Positions 39,265 to 47,760 are shown, counted from the first letter of the stretch. The stretch is DNA of 64,000 nucleotides from an uncultured Bacteroidales bacterium (GCA_964544705.1 CAZJDA010000005.1:12661-76660); one strand, 5' to 3'. Program-made: numbers and translations. The notes: generated by a model not told the origin, from the letters alone.

Positions 39265-39690
39265 ATGGAAAATAAAAAATTATGTTTAGGCCTTTTCTCC
39301 GGTAGCCTCGATAAGCTTACTGCTGCCGGTGTAATTTTAAGCGGAGCCGCCGCTGATGACATGGAAGTTGATGTTTTTGTATTAATGCAAGGGGCCAGGG
39401 CTTTTAAAAAAGAAATTGGTGATAACCCAGAAAAACTTGCAATGGCAGAAAATCCACACCTTAAACAAGAGTTTCTTGATGCATTAAAGAAACTAAAAGT
39501 GAATACTTGGCTCCAATTTTTTAAAGAAGCCAAAGAGCTTACAAATGTGAGGGTTCATATTTGTGGCCTTGCAGGAAAAATTTGGGGTGGTGAAAAAAAG
39601 GAAGATTTTGTTGACCTAGTTGACGACATCTGTGGTATTGGTGAATACATGACCTGCGCACAAGAAGCTGACCTTCATATGTTTATTTAA
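39265..39690 (+). CDS. DsrE/DsrF/DrsH-like family protein
   Basis: 141 aa. MENKKLCLGLFSGSLDKLTAAGVILSGAAADDMEVDVFVLMQGARAF and the conserved VHICGLAG Cys fit the DsrE-like sulfur-relay fold family. Confidence 0.8.
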   Translation: MENKKLCLGLFSGSLDKLTAAGVILSGAAADDMEVDVFVLMQGARAFKKEIGDNPEKLAMAENPHLKQEFLDALKKLKVNTWLQFFKEAKELTNVRVHICGLAGKIWGGEKKEDFVDLVDDICGIGEYMTCAQEADLHMFI

Positions 39691-39782
39691 CTAACTGGAT
39701 AAATAAAAAATTCCCAGTAAAACTATTGAAACATTAAATAGCAAAAATTTTTTTATAACCCTAATATAAAGGAGAAATAACC

Positions 39783-40034
39783 ATGACAGAAGAAGAACTC
39801 AAAAACTTAACAATTGATAAAGAAGTAGATGCAAGAGGCACTGCTTGCCCCGGTCCGCTTTTGGCTGCAAAAAAAGCCATCGGAGAACTATCATCCGGGC
39901 AAATTATGGAAATCCTTTCATCTGATGAAGGAACCAAAAAGGATGTTCCCAAATGGGCTAAGAAAAAAGGCCACGAGTATCTTGGCACAGCCGAGGAATC
40001 AGGATTTTTCAGGATATACCTCAAAAAGGCTTAA
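39783..40034 (+). CDS. tusA: TusA/SirA-family sulfur carrier protein
   Basis: 83 aa. VDARGTACPGPLLAAKKAI contains the CPxP active-site motif. A Shine-Dalgarno-like AAGGAG lies 8 nt upstream. Confidence 0.9.
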   Translation: MTEEELKNLTIDKEVDARGTACPGPLLAAKKAIGELSSGQIMEILSSDEGTKKDVPKWAKKKGHEYLGTAEESGFFRIYLKKA

Positions 40035-40038
40035 AATA

Positions 40039-40458
40039 ATGGCTGAAGAGAAACCAAAAATCCTGGTATTTTCAACAGATAAAATCTCTGACCCTGCAAT
40101 AGACCTTGCAGGGTTATTGAAAATCCATTATCCTGCTAACGTTTACACTATCAATGTACCATGCTCCAGCGCAATTAAACCCAAATGGATCATGCATGCT
40201 TATGAAAAAGGTTTTGATGGGGTATTTATTGCAGCCGATGGCACCGATTGCCCCTATAGCGAGAAATGTAGTGAACTTACCGGGAAAATTGTTTCTGAAG
40301 TGCATGAAACATTAAAAGAAAAAAACATGGACCCTACCCGGCTAAAAATGGCGGCTATTTGCTCGGTTTGCGCCGAAGCATTTGTTAAACACGTAAAAAA
40401 CTTTACGGAGTATCTTTCAAAAAAAAATGAATCTAATGTCAAGTCACATCAAAAATGA
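40039..40458 (+). CDS. MvhD/FlpD-like (methyl-viologen-reducing hydrogenase delta subunit family) iron-sulfur protein
   Basis: 139 aa, starting at MAEEKPKILVFSTDKISD. INVPCSSAIKP, FDGVFIAADGTDCPY and AAICSVCAEAF are typical of MvhD. The first 70 codons of the 39829 ORF overlap tusA and are rejected. Confidence 0.85.
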   Translation: MAEEKPKILVFSTDKISDPAIDLAGLLKIHYPANVYTINVPCSSAIKPKWIMHAYEKGFDGVFIAADGTDCPYSEKCSELTGKIVSEVHETLKEKNMDPTRLKMAAICSVCAEAFVKHVKNFTEYLSKKNESNVKSHQK

Positions 40459-40604
40459 TGTCTGGAGATTGCTCCTTCTCCGAAGTACTACGAAGGAGAC
40501 GCTTCGCCTACTGCGGTAATACAGCAATGAAGTCACTCCGAGGAGGCACAGCCTGTCCAGTTGTGAGCGGAAACGAAGGAGTCTCAATGCTATTTCATTC
40601 TTGA
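40455..40604 (+). other. GC-rich (~54%) structured island; alternatively a 49-codon ORF translationally coupled (ATGA) to mvhD
   Basis: By hand count, 71 of 132 nt at 40459-40590 are G or C, against ~36-40% in the flanks. It has direct repeats acgaaggag(a/t)c and the inverted repeat ctccttc/gaaggag. The ORF reads MMSGDCSFSEVLRRRRFAYCGNTAMKSLRGGTACPVVSGNEGVSMLFHS. Confidence 0.5.
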
Positions 40605-40720
40605 CAGAACTTTAAAAATTAAATACAAAAGGCAATGTCTTGAATAAACTCTAAATTAAAGTCAAAGTATGATTATAATGAATACACAATCGACATTGCA
40701 AAAAATTTTAACCAGATGAA

Positions 40721-42022
40721 ATGAGTTACATGATTCAAGAAAATTATGATGTATTAGTTGTAGGCGGGGGCATTGCTGGTGAAGAATCGGCTTTAAACCT
40801 TGCTAACTCAGGGTTTAAAGTCTTGCTGGTAGAAAAAGACTTATCCCTTGGAGGAAAAATGATACACCTGAGCAAAGTGTTCCCTACCTTGGATTGCTCA
40901 GCTTGTATTACAACACCCAAAGTTTCGGAAACGGCAAGGCACCTTAATATTACCATACTTACTTATTGCGAAGTAAAAAGTATTGATAAACAAGCAGAGC
41001 AGCACTTTGAAATAATCATTGAAAAAAAGCCGCGCTATGTTATTGAATCAGCATGTACAGGTTGCCAAGAATGCGAGGAGAAATGCCCGGTAGTGGTAAA
41101 TGATGAATACCAATGGGATTTAGTTGGAAGAAAAGCGGTATATGTGCCATTTAGCATTGCCAACCCGCGAGTGGCTGCAATCGACATTGAGAATTGCATT
41201 TTGTGTGGAGCTTGCGAAAAAGTATGCCCTGCTAATGCCATTGACTTTGCCCAAGAAGCAGAGTTTCTCAACTGCACTGTAAAATCAGTAGTAATGGCCA
41301 CAGGCTATGAGCTATTCGATGCTACATTTATTGAGCGTTATGGTTTCGGGAAATATAAAAATGTTGTCACTTCCATGCAAATGGAGCGCCAGCTTGTGCC
41401 AACCCGGCCTTATAACAGCGTATTAAGGCCAAAAGACGGGAAAATGCCGGACAATATCGCCTATGTTCTATGTACAGGCTCCAGGGACGAAACTGTGGGC
41501 AACCCTATATGCTCGCAAGTATGTTGCATGTATTCCGCAAAGCAAGCACAGTTGATCATGGGTGCGCTCCCTATGGCAGATGTTACAATCTATTACTTGC
41601 ACATAAGGGCTTTTGGAAAAGGGTTCGAAGAGTTTTACCAACAGTCAAAAGGTATGGGCGTTGAATTTATTAAAGGTAAAGTGGGAATGATCAAAGAAAA
41701 AGATAATGGTGACCTTATCGTCCGTTATGAAGATATCCGTGAAGGAAAACTTAAAGAAGCGGAGCATGATATGGTGGTTCTTTCCGTGGGGATTTTGCCC
41801 AACAAACTTCCAGGGAATTTATTCAAAAAGGAGTCATTAGAATTGGATCCTTTCAGCTTCATTAAACAAACGGATGAGTTGGCCAATCCATCCAAAACAT
41901 CCATTGATGGGGTGTTTGTTGCAGGAACTGCATCAGGGCCAATGGATATACCGGATTCAATTGTATCCGCGGGCGCTGCATCATCAGAAACCGCATCATA
42001 TATAAGGAGGAGTGCATCATGA
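40721..42022 (+). CDS. HdrA-like FAD/Fe-S oxidoreductase, short form (QmoA-like)
   Basis: 433 aa. The dinucleotide motif is DVLVVGGGIAGEESAL. Two ferredoxin-type motifs are CTGCQECEEKCP and CILCGACEKVCP. The conserved HdrA-like CSQVCCMYS is present. Confidence 0.85.
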   Translation: MSYMIQENYDVLVVGGGIAGEESALNLANSGFKVLLVEKDLSLGGKMIHLSKVFPTLDCSACITTPKVSETARHLNITILTYCEVKSIDKQAEQHFEIIIEKKPRYVIESACTGCQECEEKCPVVVNDEYQWDLVGRKAVYVPFSIANPRVAAIDIENCILCGACEKVCPANAIDFAQEAEFLNCTVKSVVMATGYELFDATFIERYGFGKYKNVVTSMQMERQLVPTRPYNSVLRPKDGKMPDNIAYVLCTGSRDETVGNPICSQVCCMYSAKQAQLIMGALPMADVTIYYLHIRAFGKGFEEFYQQSKGMGVEFIKGKVGMIKEKDNGDLIVRYEDIREGKLKEAEHDMVVLSVGILPNKLPGNLFKKESLELDPFSFIKQTDELANPSKTSIDGVFVAGTASGPMDIPDSIVSAGAASSETASYIRRSAS

Positions 42023-43968
42023 AAAGCAAAATAGGTGTTTATATTTGCCAATGTGGCTCCAACATCTCTGATTACGTGGATGTTGAAAAAGTTAAAGAAG
42101 AAATTCAAAAAATTGATGGTGTTGCTATTGCAAAAACTACCATGTTTGCTTGTGCCGATTCTATACAAAAAGAAATCATCGAAGACATAAAAGAAAATAG
42201 CCTTGATTCAATGGTTGTGGCGTCATGTTCGCCAAAACTTCACCTTTACACGTTTAGGAATGTAGCTGAAAGAGCGGGTTTAAACCCTTACAACTATGTG
42301 CAAGCCAACATACGCGAGCAAGTTTCCTGGGCACATTCGGATAACCCAAAAGGAGCTACTGAAAAAGCCTTACAAATTGTGAAATCTGCTGTTTCCAGGG
42401 TAAAACATTCATCTGCCCTAAGCAATCCAAAAATATCTGCTGATAACTCGGCATTAATTGTTGGAGCTGGTATAGCCGGGTTAAGAGCCGCCGTTGAATT
42501 GGCTGATATGGGTACACAAGTTGTGCTTATTGAAAGAGAACATTTTATTGGTGGGAGAACTTCGCAGTGGAGTACTCTATTCACAACCAATGAAACCGGT
42601 GAACAAGTTATCACCAGGCTTTATAAGGATATCGAGAAAAGAAGTAATATCAAGCTTTTTACAGGTGCTGAGATTATTAGCAATTCCGGGAGTGTGGGGG
42701 ATTTTAATGTAAAGATCCGGGTTAAGCCCAGGCTTATTGACCCCAATTGTAAAATAGACGCTGATGAATCATTTGATGAAAAACTTGAAAAAGCCATAGA
42801 GGCCTGCCCGGTAGAAGTTCTTGATGATTTCAATTTTGGGATTACCAAAAGAAAAGCCATTTTTAAAAATTTCAAGAGCGAATTTCCCGAATGCCCGGCA
42901 ATTGATGTAGAGCATTGTAATAAATGTGGAGAATGCGTGAAGTATTGCGATGCTATTGACCTTGACCAAAAAGAAGAAATTTTAGATATGAATGTCGGCG
43001 CTATTGTTCTTGCTACAGGCTTTGACCCTTATGAACCTAAAAAGGGAGAGTTTGGATATAACGAAATTGATAACGTTATTACCATGCAGCAATTTAAGCG
43101 GTTAATTGAAATCAGCCCAAAAAAATTGAAATATAATGGCAAAGAAATTCACAACATCGCTTATGTTTATTGTGTGGGAAGTAGACAAGCAGATGGCGAG
43201 AACAAGCATTGCTCAAGGTATTGTTGTACATCGGCCATACATAGTGCCATTCTGGCTAAAGAAAAGTATAAGAATATCCAGAATTTTCATTTTACCCGGG
43301 GGGTTAGAACTTATGGCAAGCAAGAATTATTATACAACCAAGCTTCATCTCAAGGAGATATTTTTTTACAATCTTATGAAGACAGCCCTACCGAGGTAAC
43401 AAAGCAAAACACACAAACCATTGTTAAAATCAACGATATCCTTACTTCTGATAAAGAAATAGAAGTTGAAGCCGACTTAGTAGTATTGGTAACAGGTATG
43501 GGGCCGCGCAAAGATAACTCGGTTGCAAGCATATTGAAAGTCCCTATTGGCAGGGATAAATTCTTCAACGAAGTGCACCCCAAACTAAAACCCGTAGAAA
43601 CGGTAATTGACGGTGTGTTTATTTCCGGAGCTTGCCAAGCGCCTTTCAATATTACAGAGGCGGTTAAGTCTTCTCTATCTGCAGCATCTAAAGCCAATGC
43701 TTTGCTAAGGGATGAAGAAATAGAACTAGAGCCCACCACTGCCATAATCAATAATAATTTGTGTACCTGGTGCGGAAAATGCCTTGAAATATGCCCGTTT
43801 GATGCCCTTTATCAAACTGATTATAATGGCAAACAAATAGCTGCCGTTAACCAAGCAAAATGTAAGGGTTGTGGCATGTGTTTGCCGGTTTGCCCTGAAA
43901 ATGCCATAGAATTGGCCGGGTACACAGACAAAGAAATGGAAAGTATGATTGAAGCTATTGCAGGATGA
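42019..43968 (+). CDS. HdrA-family protein, full length (QmoB-like but lacking a fused MvhD domain)
   Basis: 649 aa. The N-terminal Cys cluster is GVYICQCGSNI..FACADS..VASCSPK. FAD motif LIVGAGIAGLRAA, CNKCGECVKYC and CSRYCCTSA are present. The C-terminal motifs are CTWCGKCLEICP and CKGCGMCLPVCP. Its start overlaps the upstream stop (ATGA), and AAGGAGG lies 8 nt upstream. Confidence 0.88.
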   Translation: MKSKIGVYICQCGSNISDYVDVEKVKEEIQKIDGVAIAKTTMFACADSIQKEIIEDIKENSLDSMVVASCSPKLHLYTFRNVAERAGLNPYNYVQANIREQVSWAHSDNPKGATEKALQIVKSAVSRVKHSSALSNPKISADNSALIVGAGIAGLRAAVELADMGTQVVLIEREHFIGGRTSQWSTLFTTNETGEQVITRLYKDIEKRSNIKLFTGAEIISNSGSVGDFNVKIRVKPRLIDPNCKIDADESFDEKLEKAIEACPVEVLDDFNFGITKRKAIFKNFKSEFPECPAIDVEHCNKCGECVKYCDAIDLDQKEEILDMNVGAIVLATGFDPYEPKKGEFGYNEIDNVITMQQFKRLIEISPKKLKYNGKEIHNIAYVYCVGSRQADGENKHCSRYCCTSAIHSAILAKEKYKNIQNFHFTRGVRTYGKQELLYNQASSQGDIFLQSYEDSPTEVTKQNTQTIVKINDILTSDKEIEVEADLVVLVTGMGPRKDNSVASILKVPIGRDKFFNEVHPKLKPVETVIDGVFISGACQAPFNITEAVKSSLSAASKANALLRDEEIELEPTTAIINNNLCTWCGKCLEICPFDALYQTDYNGKQIAAVNQAKCKGCGMCLPVCPENAIELAGYTDKEMESMIEAIAG

Positions 43969-44029
43969 AACCCGCAATTAAATGAATAATTTATGAAACA
44001 CAAATCAACTGAAATTAAGATGTTCTACC

Positions 44030-44296
44030 ATGGCAAAGACAATTGACCAAATAAAACAAAAAAGAACGGTTTCAAGCGAATTAAAGGAAAAAAGCAAGAA
44101 ATACGTTCAAATGAAAAAGGCTATTAAAAAGGCTTTGGAAACCGGCGAAAAGACCATCCCGGAAATTGCTTCTGAAACCGGCATAAACCAGGAAGATGTT
44201 ACCTATTACTTGATGACCATGCGTAAATTTCATGAAGTAGTTGAAGGAGAAATTGATGATATGGACGAATATTTTTATTACAAATTACCTGAATAA
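44030..44296 (+). CDS. Small Cys-free protein, possibly winged-helix-like (hypothetical)
   Basis: 88 aa. A basic N-terminus precedes KTIPEIASETGINQEDVTYYLMTMRKFHEVVE. It lies between the HdrA-like and QmoC-like genes. Confidence 0.55.
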   Translation: MAKTIDQIKQKRTVSSELKEKSKKYVQMKKAIKKALETGEKTIPEIASETGINQEDVTYYLMTMRKFHEVVEGEIDDMDEYFYYKLPE

Positions 44297-44310
44297 AAAA
44301 ATAATCAAAA

Positions 44311-45450
44311 ATGGCAAAGATAAATCCTTTATTTTCTACAGAATTGGAGAAATTTGGAGCACCAAATTTTAATGCATGTTACAATTGTGGTAATTGCACA
44401 GCAGTTTGTTCTCTATCAACAGAAGAAAATTCATTTCCCAGGGAAATGATACGGTATAGCGTGCTTGGGCTGGAAAACGACATCCAAGGCTCAACAAAAC
44501 CCTGGCAGTGCTATTATTGCGGTGAATGCACGGAAACATGCCCACAAAAAGCCGAGCCTGCTGAGCTCATGATGTCTCTAAGGAGATATTTAACAGCAAA
44601 ATACGATTGGACAGGGCTTGGAAAAAAGCTTTATACATCCAAAACTTGGGAATTTGGAGCCATTGCTTTCCTTGCTGCTATTATCTTCTTCTTGTTCTAT
44701 TTTTTGCATGGGCCAATGACAACAGAACTCACTGCCCAAGGTGGCGTTAAGATTAATACTTTTGCCCCATGGAAACAAGTTGAATTAGGCGATTGGATCA
44801 TGGCCGGGGCGCTTAGCTTCTTCTTGGTTACCAATATTTTTAATATGTACCTTAAAATCGTTAAGAAAAATAAGGTTAAAATACCCTTCAAGCTCTATTT
44901 TAAAGAATTCTGGAAACTGATCCTTCATTTCATCACCCAAAAACAATTTTCTAAGTGCGATACAGAAGGCAAAAAGAAGAAAATAAACTTCAGCACGTAT
45001 TGGATTGCTCACTGGTTTTTGATGACGAGTTATGTAATTATGTTTATCATGATAGTGGTGTTCCTGGGATGGTTCCAAACGGAGAACATTTACCACTGGA
45101 CGCATCCGCAAAGACTGCTCGGTTATTATGCCACTGCCGGGTTGTTGATAGGGATTGTGTATTTTGCTGTTGCCCGTATTAAAAAAACCAATGAAAAGAG
45201 CAAACATTCACACATTACCGATTGGACATTCCTAGTATTGCTGTTCTTAACAACCGTTTCAGGAATTCTTGTACAAATATTCAGGATCAATGGACTACCC
45301 TACCCTACTTATTACACCTATGTTTTCCACCTCATGGTACTATTCCCCATGTTGATGATAGAAGTTCCTTTTTCAAAGTGGTCGCACCTGGCTTACAGGC
45401 CCTTTGCCATTTATTTTGAGAACTTGGTGCAAGCGGCACGGAAGAAATAA
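44311..45450 (+). CDS. QmoC-like fusion: HdrC-type 2x[4Fe-4S] domain plus a NarI/HdrE-like multi-TM (cytochrome b-type) domain
   Basis: 379 aa. The Fe-S motifs are CYNCGNCTAVCS and CYYCGECTETCP. About 5-6 TM helices follow, with conserved His residues (HGPM, HFITQ, HWFLM, HWTHP, FHLMV, WSHLAY). Confidence 0.8.
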   Translation: MAKINPLFSTELEKFGAPNFNACYNCGNCTAVCSLSTEENSFPREMIRYSVLGLENDIQGSTKPWQCYYCGECTETCPQKAEPAELMMSLRRYLTAKYDWTGLGKKLYTSKTWEFGAIAFLAAIIFFLFYFLHGPMTTELTAQGGVKINTFAPWKQVELGDWIMAGALSFFLVTNIFNMYLKIVKKNKVKIPFKLYFKEFWKLILHFITQKQFSKCDTEGKKKKINFSTYWIAHWFLMTSYVIMFIMIVVFLGWFQTENIYHWTHPQRLLGYYATAGLLIGIVYFAVARIKKTNEKSKHSHITDWTFLVLLFLTTVSGILVQIFRINGLPYPTYYTYVFHLMVLFPMLMIEVPFSKWSHLAYRPFAIYFENLVQAARKK

Positions 45451-45644
45451 AATGTTTATATCAAAACTTCTTATCTTGAAAGATAGATAGTAAACTGCTG
45501 GAAATTATTTCTTTGGTAAATTTTTTTTAATATTCAGACGATAAGCCAAAATCGCCTATCAATTTGGGTTCAAAGCTGGGTTAACAAAAGTTTTTATTAA
45601 AAAAAATCCCAAAATCATCTCACTCCTGTAATTTTTTATTCCTT

Positions 45645-45944
45645 TTAGTATTCGCCGCACCTGTTAATGCATTCAACTACTTGGCTCAATGCTTGATGTT
45701 TTAGGAAATAATAGGTGTTTTTGCCTTGCCGTTTTGATTCTAAAACACCTTTGTTTTTTAAAATATTAAGGTGGTGTGAAGCAGAGGCTTGCTCAATACC
45801 CAATTTTTCGTAAATTTCAGTAACATTAAGGCGGTTCTTCTTTTCCAATAAACCTATAATTGCAATACGCATAGGATGTGCTATAGCCCTGAGTTTACTG
45901 GCTGCTTCTTCCAGCTTATCCGGTTCGAGTTTAAATTGTGACAT
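45645..45944 (-). CDS. ArsR/SmtB-family transcriptional regulator with a C-terminal CxxxC
   Basis: 99 aa. AHPMRIAIIGLLEKKNRLNVTEIYEKLGIEQASASHHLNILKNKGVL is the ArsR wHTH. The C-terminus is VECINRCGEY. Confidence 0.85.
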   Translation of the reverse strand: MSQFKLEPDKLEEAASKLRAIAHPMRIAIIGLLEKKNRLNVTEIYEKLGIEQASASHHLNILKNKGVLESKRQGKNTYYFLKHQALSQVVECINRCGEY

Positions 45945-46040
45945 CTTTTTCCAGGTTTGGTTTAAAGGGTCAAATATACAAAAAATATATTTAAAATAAA
46001 TAAATAGGTAAATAATTTAACATATCAATTTATGCCTATT

Positions 46041-47684
46041 TTACGTATTACTTGAAAAAATTGTGGTGAAGGCAAATTTTGTCCCATCAAACAAACCTTT
46101 GTCACTAATTTTAAGTTCAGGAATAACTAGTAAGGCCATAAAAGAAAGCGTCATGAAAGGGGCGTTAAGCTTAGAACCCATTTCTTTGGCCATTTTATCA
46201 AGTTCTAAGTATTTTTTTGATACCTGCCATGCGTTATCCACTGCCATAAGCCCTGCTACCGGTAATGGTAAAGTCTTACAATGCTTATTTCTACAAACAG
46301 TTATACCACCTTTTGCTTCATTTAATGCATTAATACATCGAATTATCGCCTCATCATCAACTCCTACTGCAATTATATTATGACTATCATGGGCTACAGT
46401 AGATGCTATCGCCCCTTCTTTCAAGCCAAAATTTTTAATAAAAGCAATAGAGGGCAAAGCTTTCCTGTAGCGGTTGAGAACTACTACTTTCAACACATCA
46501 TTTTTGGTATCAGCCACCACTTCCCCATTAGATATAGTGGGTTCTATTGCCTGGGAGCCGGTAATAAGCGATCCATCATAAGCTTCAATAACTTTTATCC
46601 TGTTAAACTCTGCCTTTACCTTAATATCATCAATTTGGGGATTGTTGGCATAAAATTTATTAGGCAATTCGCTTTCCACGCTATTCACTAAGGATTTGCC
46701 ATTTTCTGCTATTTTTTGCCCTTTAATATAAGTAGCTTCAATAGCAAAGTCTACCAAGTTTTTGGTTAGGATAAAATCTGCATCATCACCTTCTTTCAAT
46801 AGGCCGCAATTAAGCCCGTAATGTTCAATTGGATTAACCGTGGCGCTTCGTAATAGGTTAAATAGACTTAACCCTTTTTCCAGTCCACGTTTTATCAAAA
46901 GATTAATATGCCCTCTTACTAAGTCATCGGGATGCTTATCATCGGAACAAAGCATCACCATGCCAGGGTATTTATCGATGAGTGGGGCTAAGGTATCAAA
47001 ATTTTTTGCGGCGCTGCCTTCTCTTATTTGGATTTTTATTCCGGCTTTAATTTTATCTTCTGCTTCTTCCACTGAAAAGCATTCATGGTCTGTTGATATC
47101 CCTGCCTTAGCATAAGCTTGTGCTTCGTTGCCTTTAAGCCCGGGAGCATGTCCATCAATCTTAAAGCCTGCTTTTTTTGCTGCTTCAATCTTTGCCATAA
47201 CTTGTTGATCTTTACCTAATACACCAGGAAAATTCATCATTTCTGCAAGGTAGTAAATATCCTTGTTTCTAAGCATTTGCTCAATAGCCTCAGCATTGAT
47301 TTCCGCTCCAGATGTTTCAAATGGTGATGCGGGAACACAGGAAGGAGCACCGAAATAGAATTTAAATGGCACCTTCTTCCCATTCTCTATCATGAAATTT
47401 ACACCATCAGGGCCAAGTACATTAGCTATCTCATGCGGATCAGAGACAGTTGCCACAGTGCCGTGTATGGAAGCAACACGGGCAAATTCAGAGGGAATTA
47501 GCATAGAGCTTTCTATATGAACATGGGCATCTATTAACCCCGGTAGAATATATTGCTTTGATGAAGTGGGTTTGGGATAGACCTTTTCAATTTTTCCATT
47601 TTTGACCTCTATTTCACCTTCAAAAATTCTCTTTCCTACCACGTCTACTATTTTTCCTTCTATTGTAAACCTATTGGGCTGCAT
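46041..47684 (-). CDS. ade: Adenine deaminase
   Basis: The start is taken at MQPNRFTIEGKIVD (47684). LPGLIDAHVHIESSM is the amidohydrolase motif. The longer ORF extension covers an upstream terminator. Confidence 0.9.
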   Translation of the reverse strand: MQPNRFTIEGKIVDVVGKRIFEGEIEVKNGKIEKVYPKPTSSKQYILPGLIDAHVHIESSMLIPSEFARVASIHGTVATVSDPHEIANVLGPDGVNFMIENGKKVPFKFYFGAPSCVPASPFETSGAEINAEAIEQMLRNKDIYYLAEMMNFPGVLGKDQQVMAKIEAAKKAGFKIDGHAPGLKGNEAQAYAKAGISTDHECFSVEEAEDKIKAGIKIQIREGSAAKNFDTLAPLIDKYPGMVMLCSDDKHPDDLVRGHINLLIKRGLEKGLSLFNLLRSATVNPIEHYGLNCGLLKEGDDADFILTKNLVDFAIEATYIKGQKIAENGKSLVNSVESELPNKFYANNPQIDDIKVKAEFNRIKVIEAYDGSLITGSQAIEPTISNGEVVADTKNDVLKVVVLNRYRKALPSIAFIKNFGLKEGAIASTVAHDSHNIIAVGVDDEAIIRCINALNEAKGGITVCRNKHCKTLPLPVAGLMAVDNAWQVSKKYLELDKMAKEMGSKLNAPFMTLSFMALLVIPELKISDKGLFDGTKFAFTTIFSSNT

Positions 47685-47722
47685 AATGAATTTTTTAATA
47701 ATATTTACCAAAGGTATAAAAT

Positions 47723-47760
47723 AAAAAAATGGGGGCAGAATATTTCTGCACCCATTTTTT
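47723..47760 (-). terminator. Rho-independent (bidirectional-looking) terminator after the LytTR regulator gene
   Basis: atgggggcagaa-tat-ttctgcacccat forms a 12-bp stem with one mismatch. It is flanked by an A-run (47723-47729) and a T-run (47756-47760). Confidence 0.7.

Noticed and set aside
39829-40038. N-terminal 70 codons of the 209-aa ORF overlapping tusA
   Set aside because: The MvhD-like homology begins at MAEEKPKILVF (ATG at 40039), 4 nt after the tusA stop. The upstream part overlaps tusA in another frame and looks random.
40039-43968. Selenocysteine (in-frame TGA) in the MvhD/HdrA-like genes, as occurs in some anaerobes
   Set aside because: All three ORFs are uninterrupted and have Cys at the expected cluster positions. 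Reading through the mvhD TGA gives UCLEIAPSPKYYEGD.., which has no MvhD-like continuation.
39152-45944. Calling the locus a bona fide dissimilatory sulfate-reduction Qmo (qmoABC)
   Set aside because: No aprAB, sat or dsr genes are in the window, and the QmoB-like protein lacks the fused MvhD domain. I therefore use only 'Qmo-like' and assign no qmo gene symbols.
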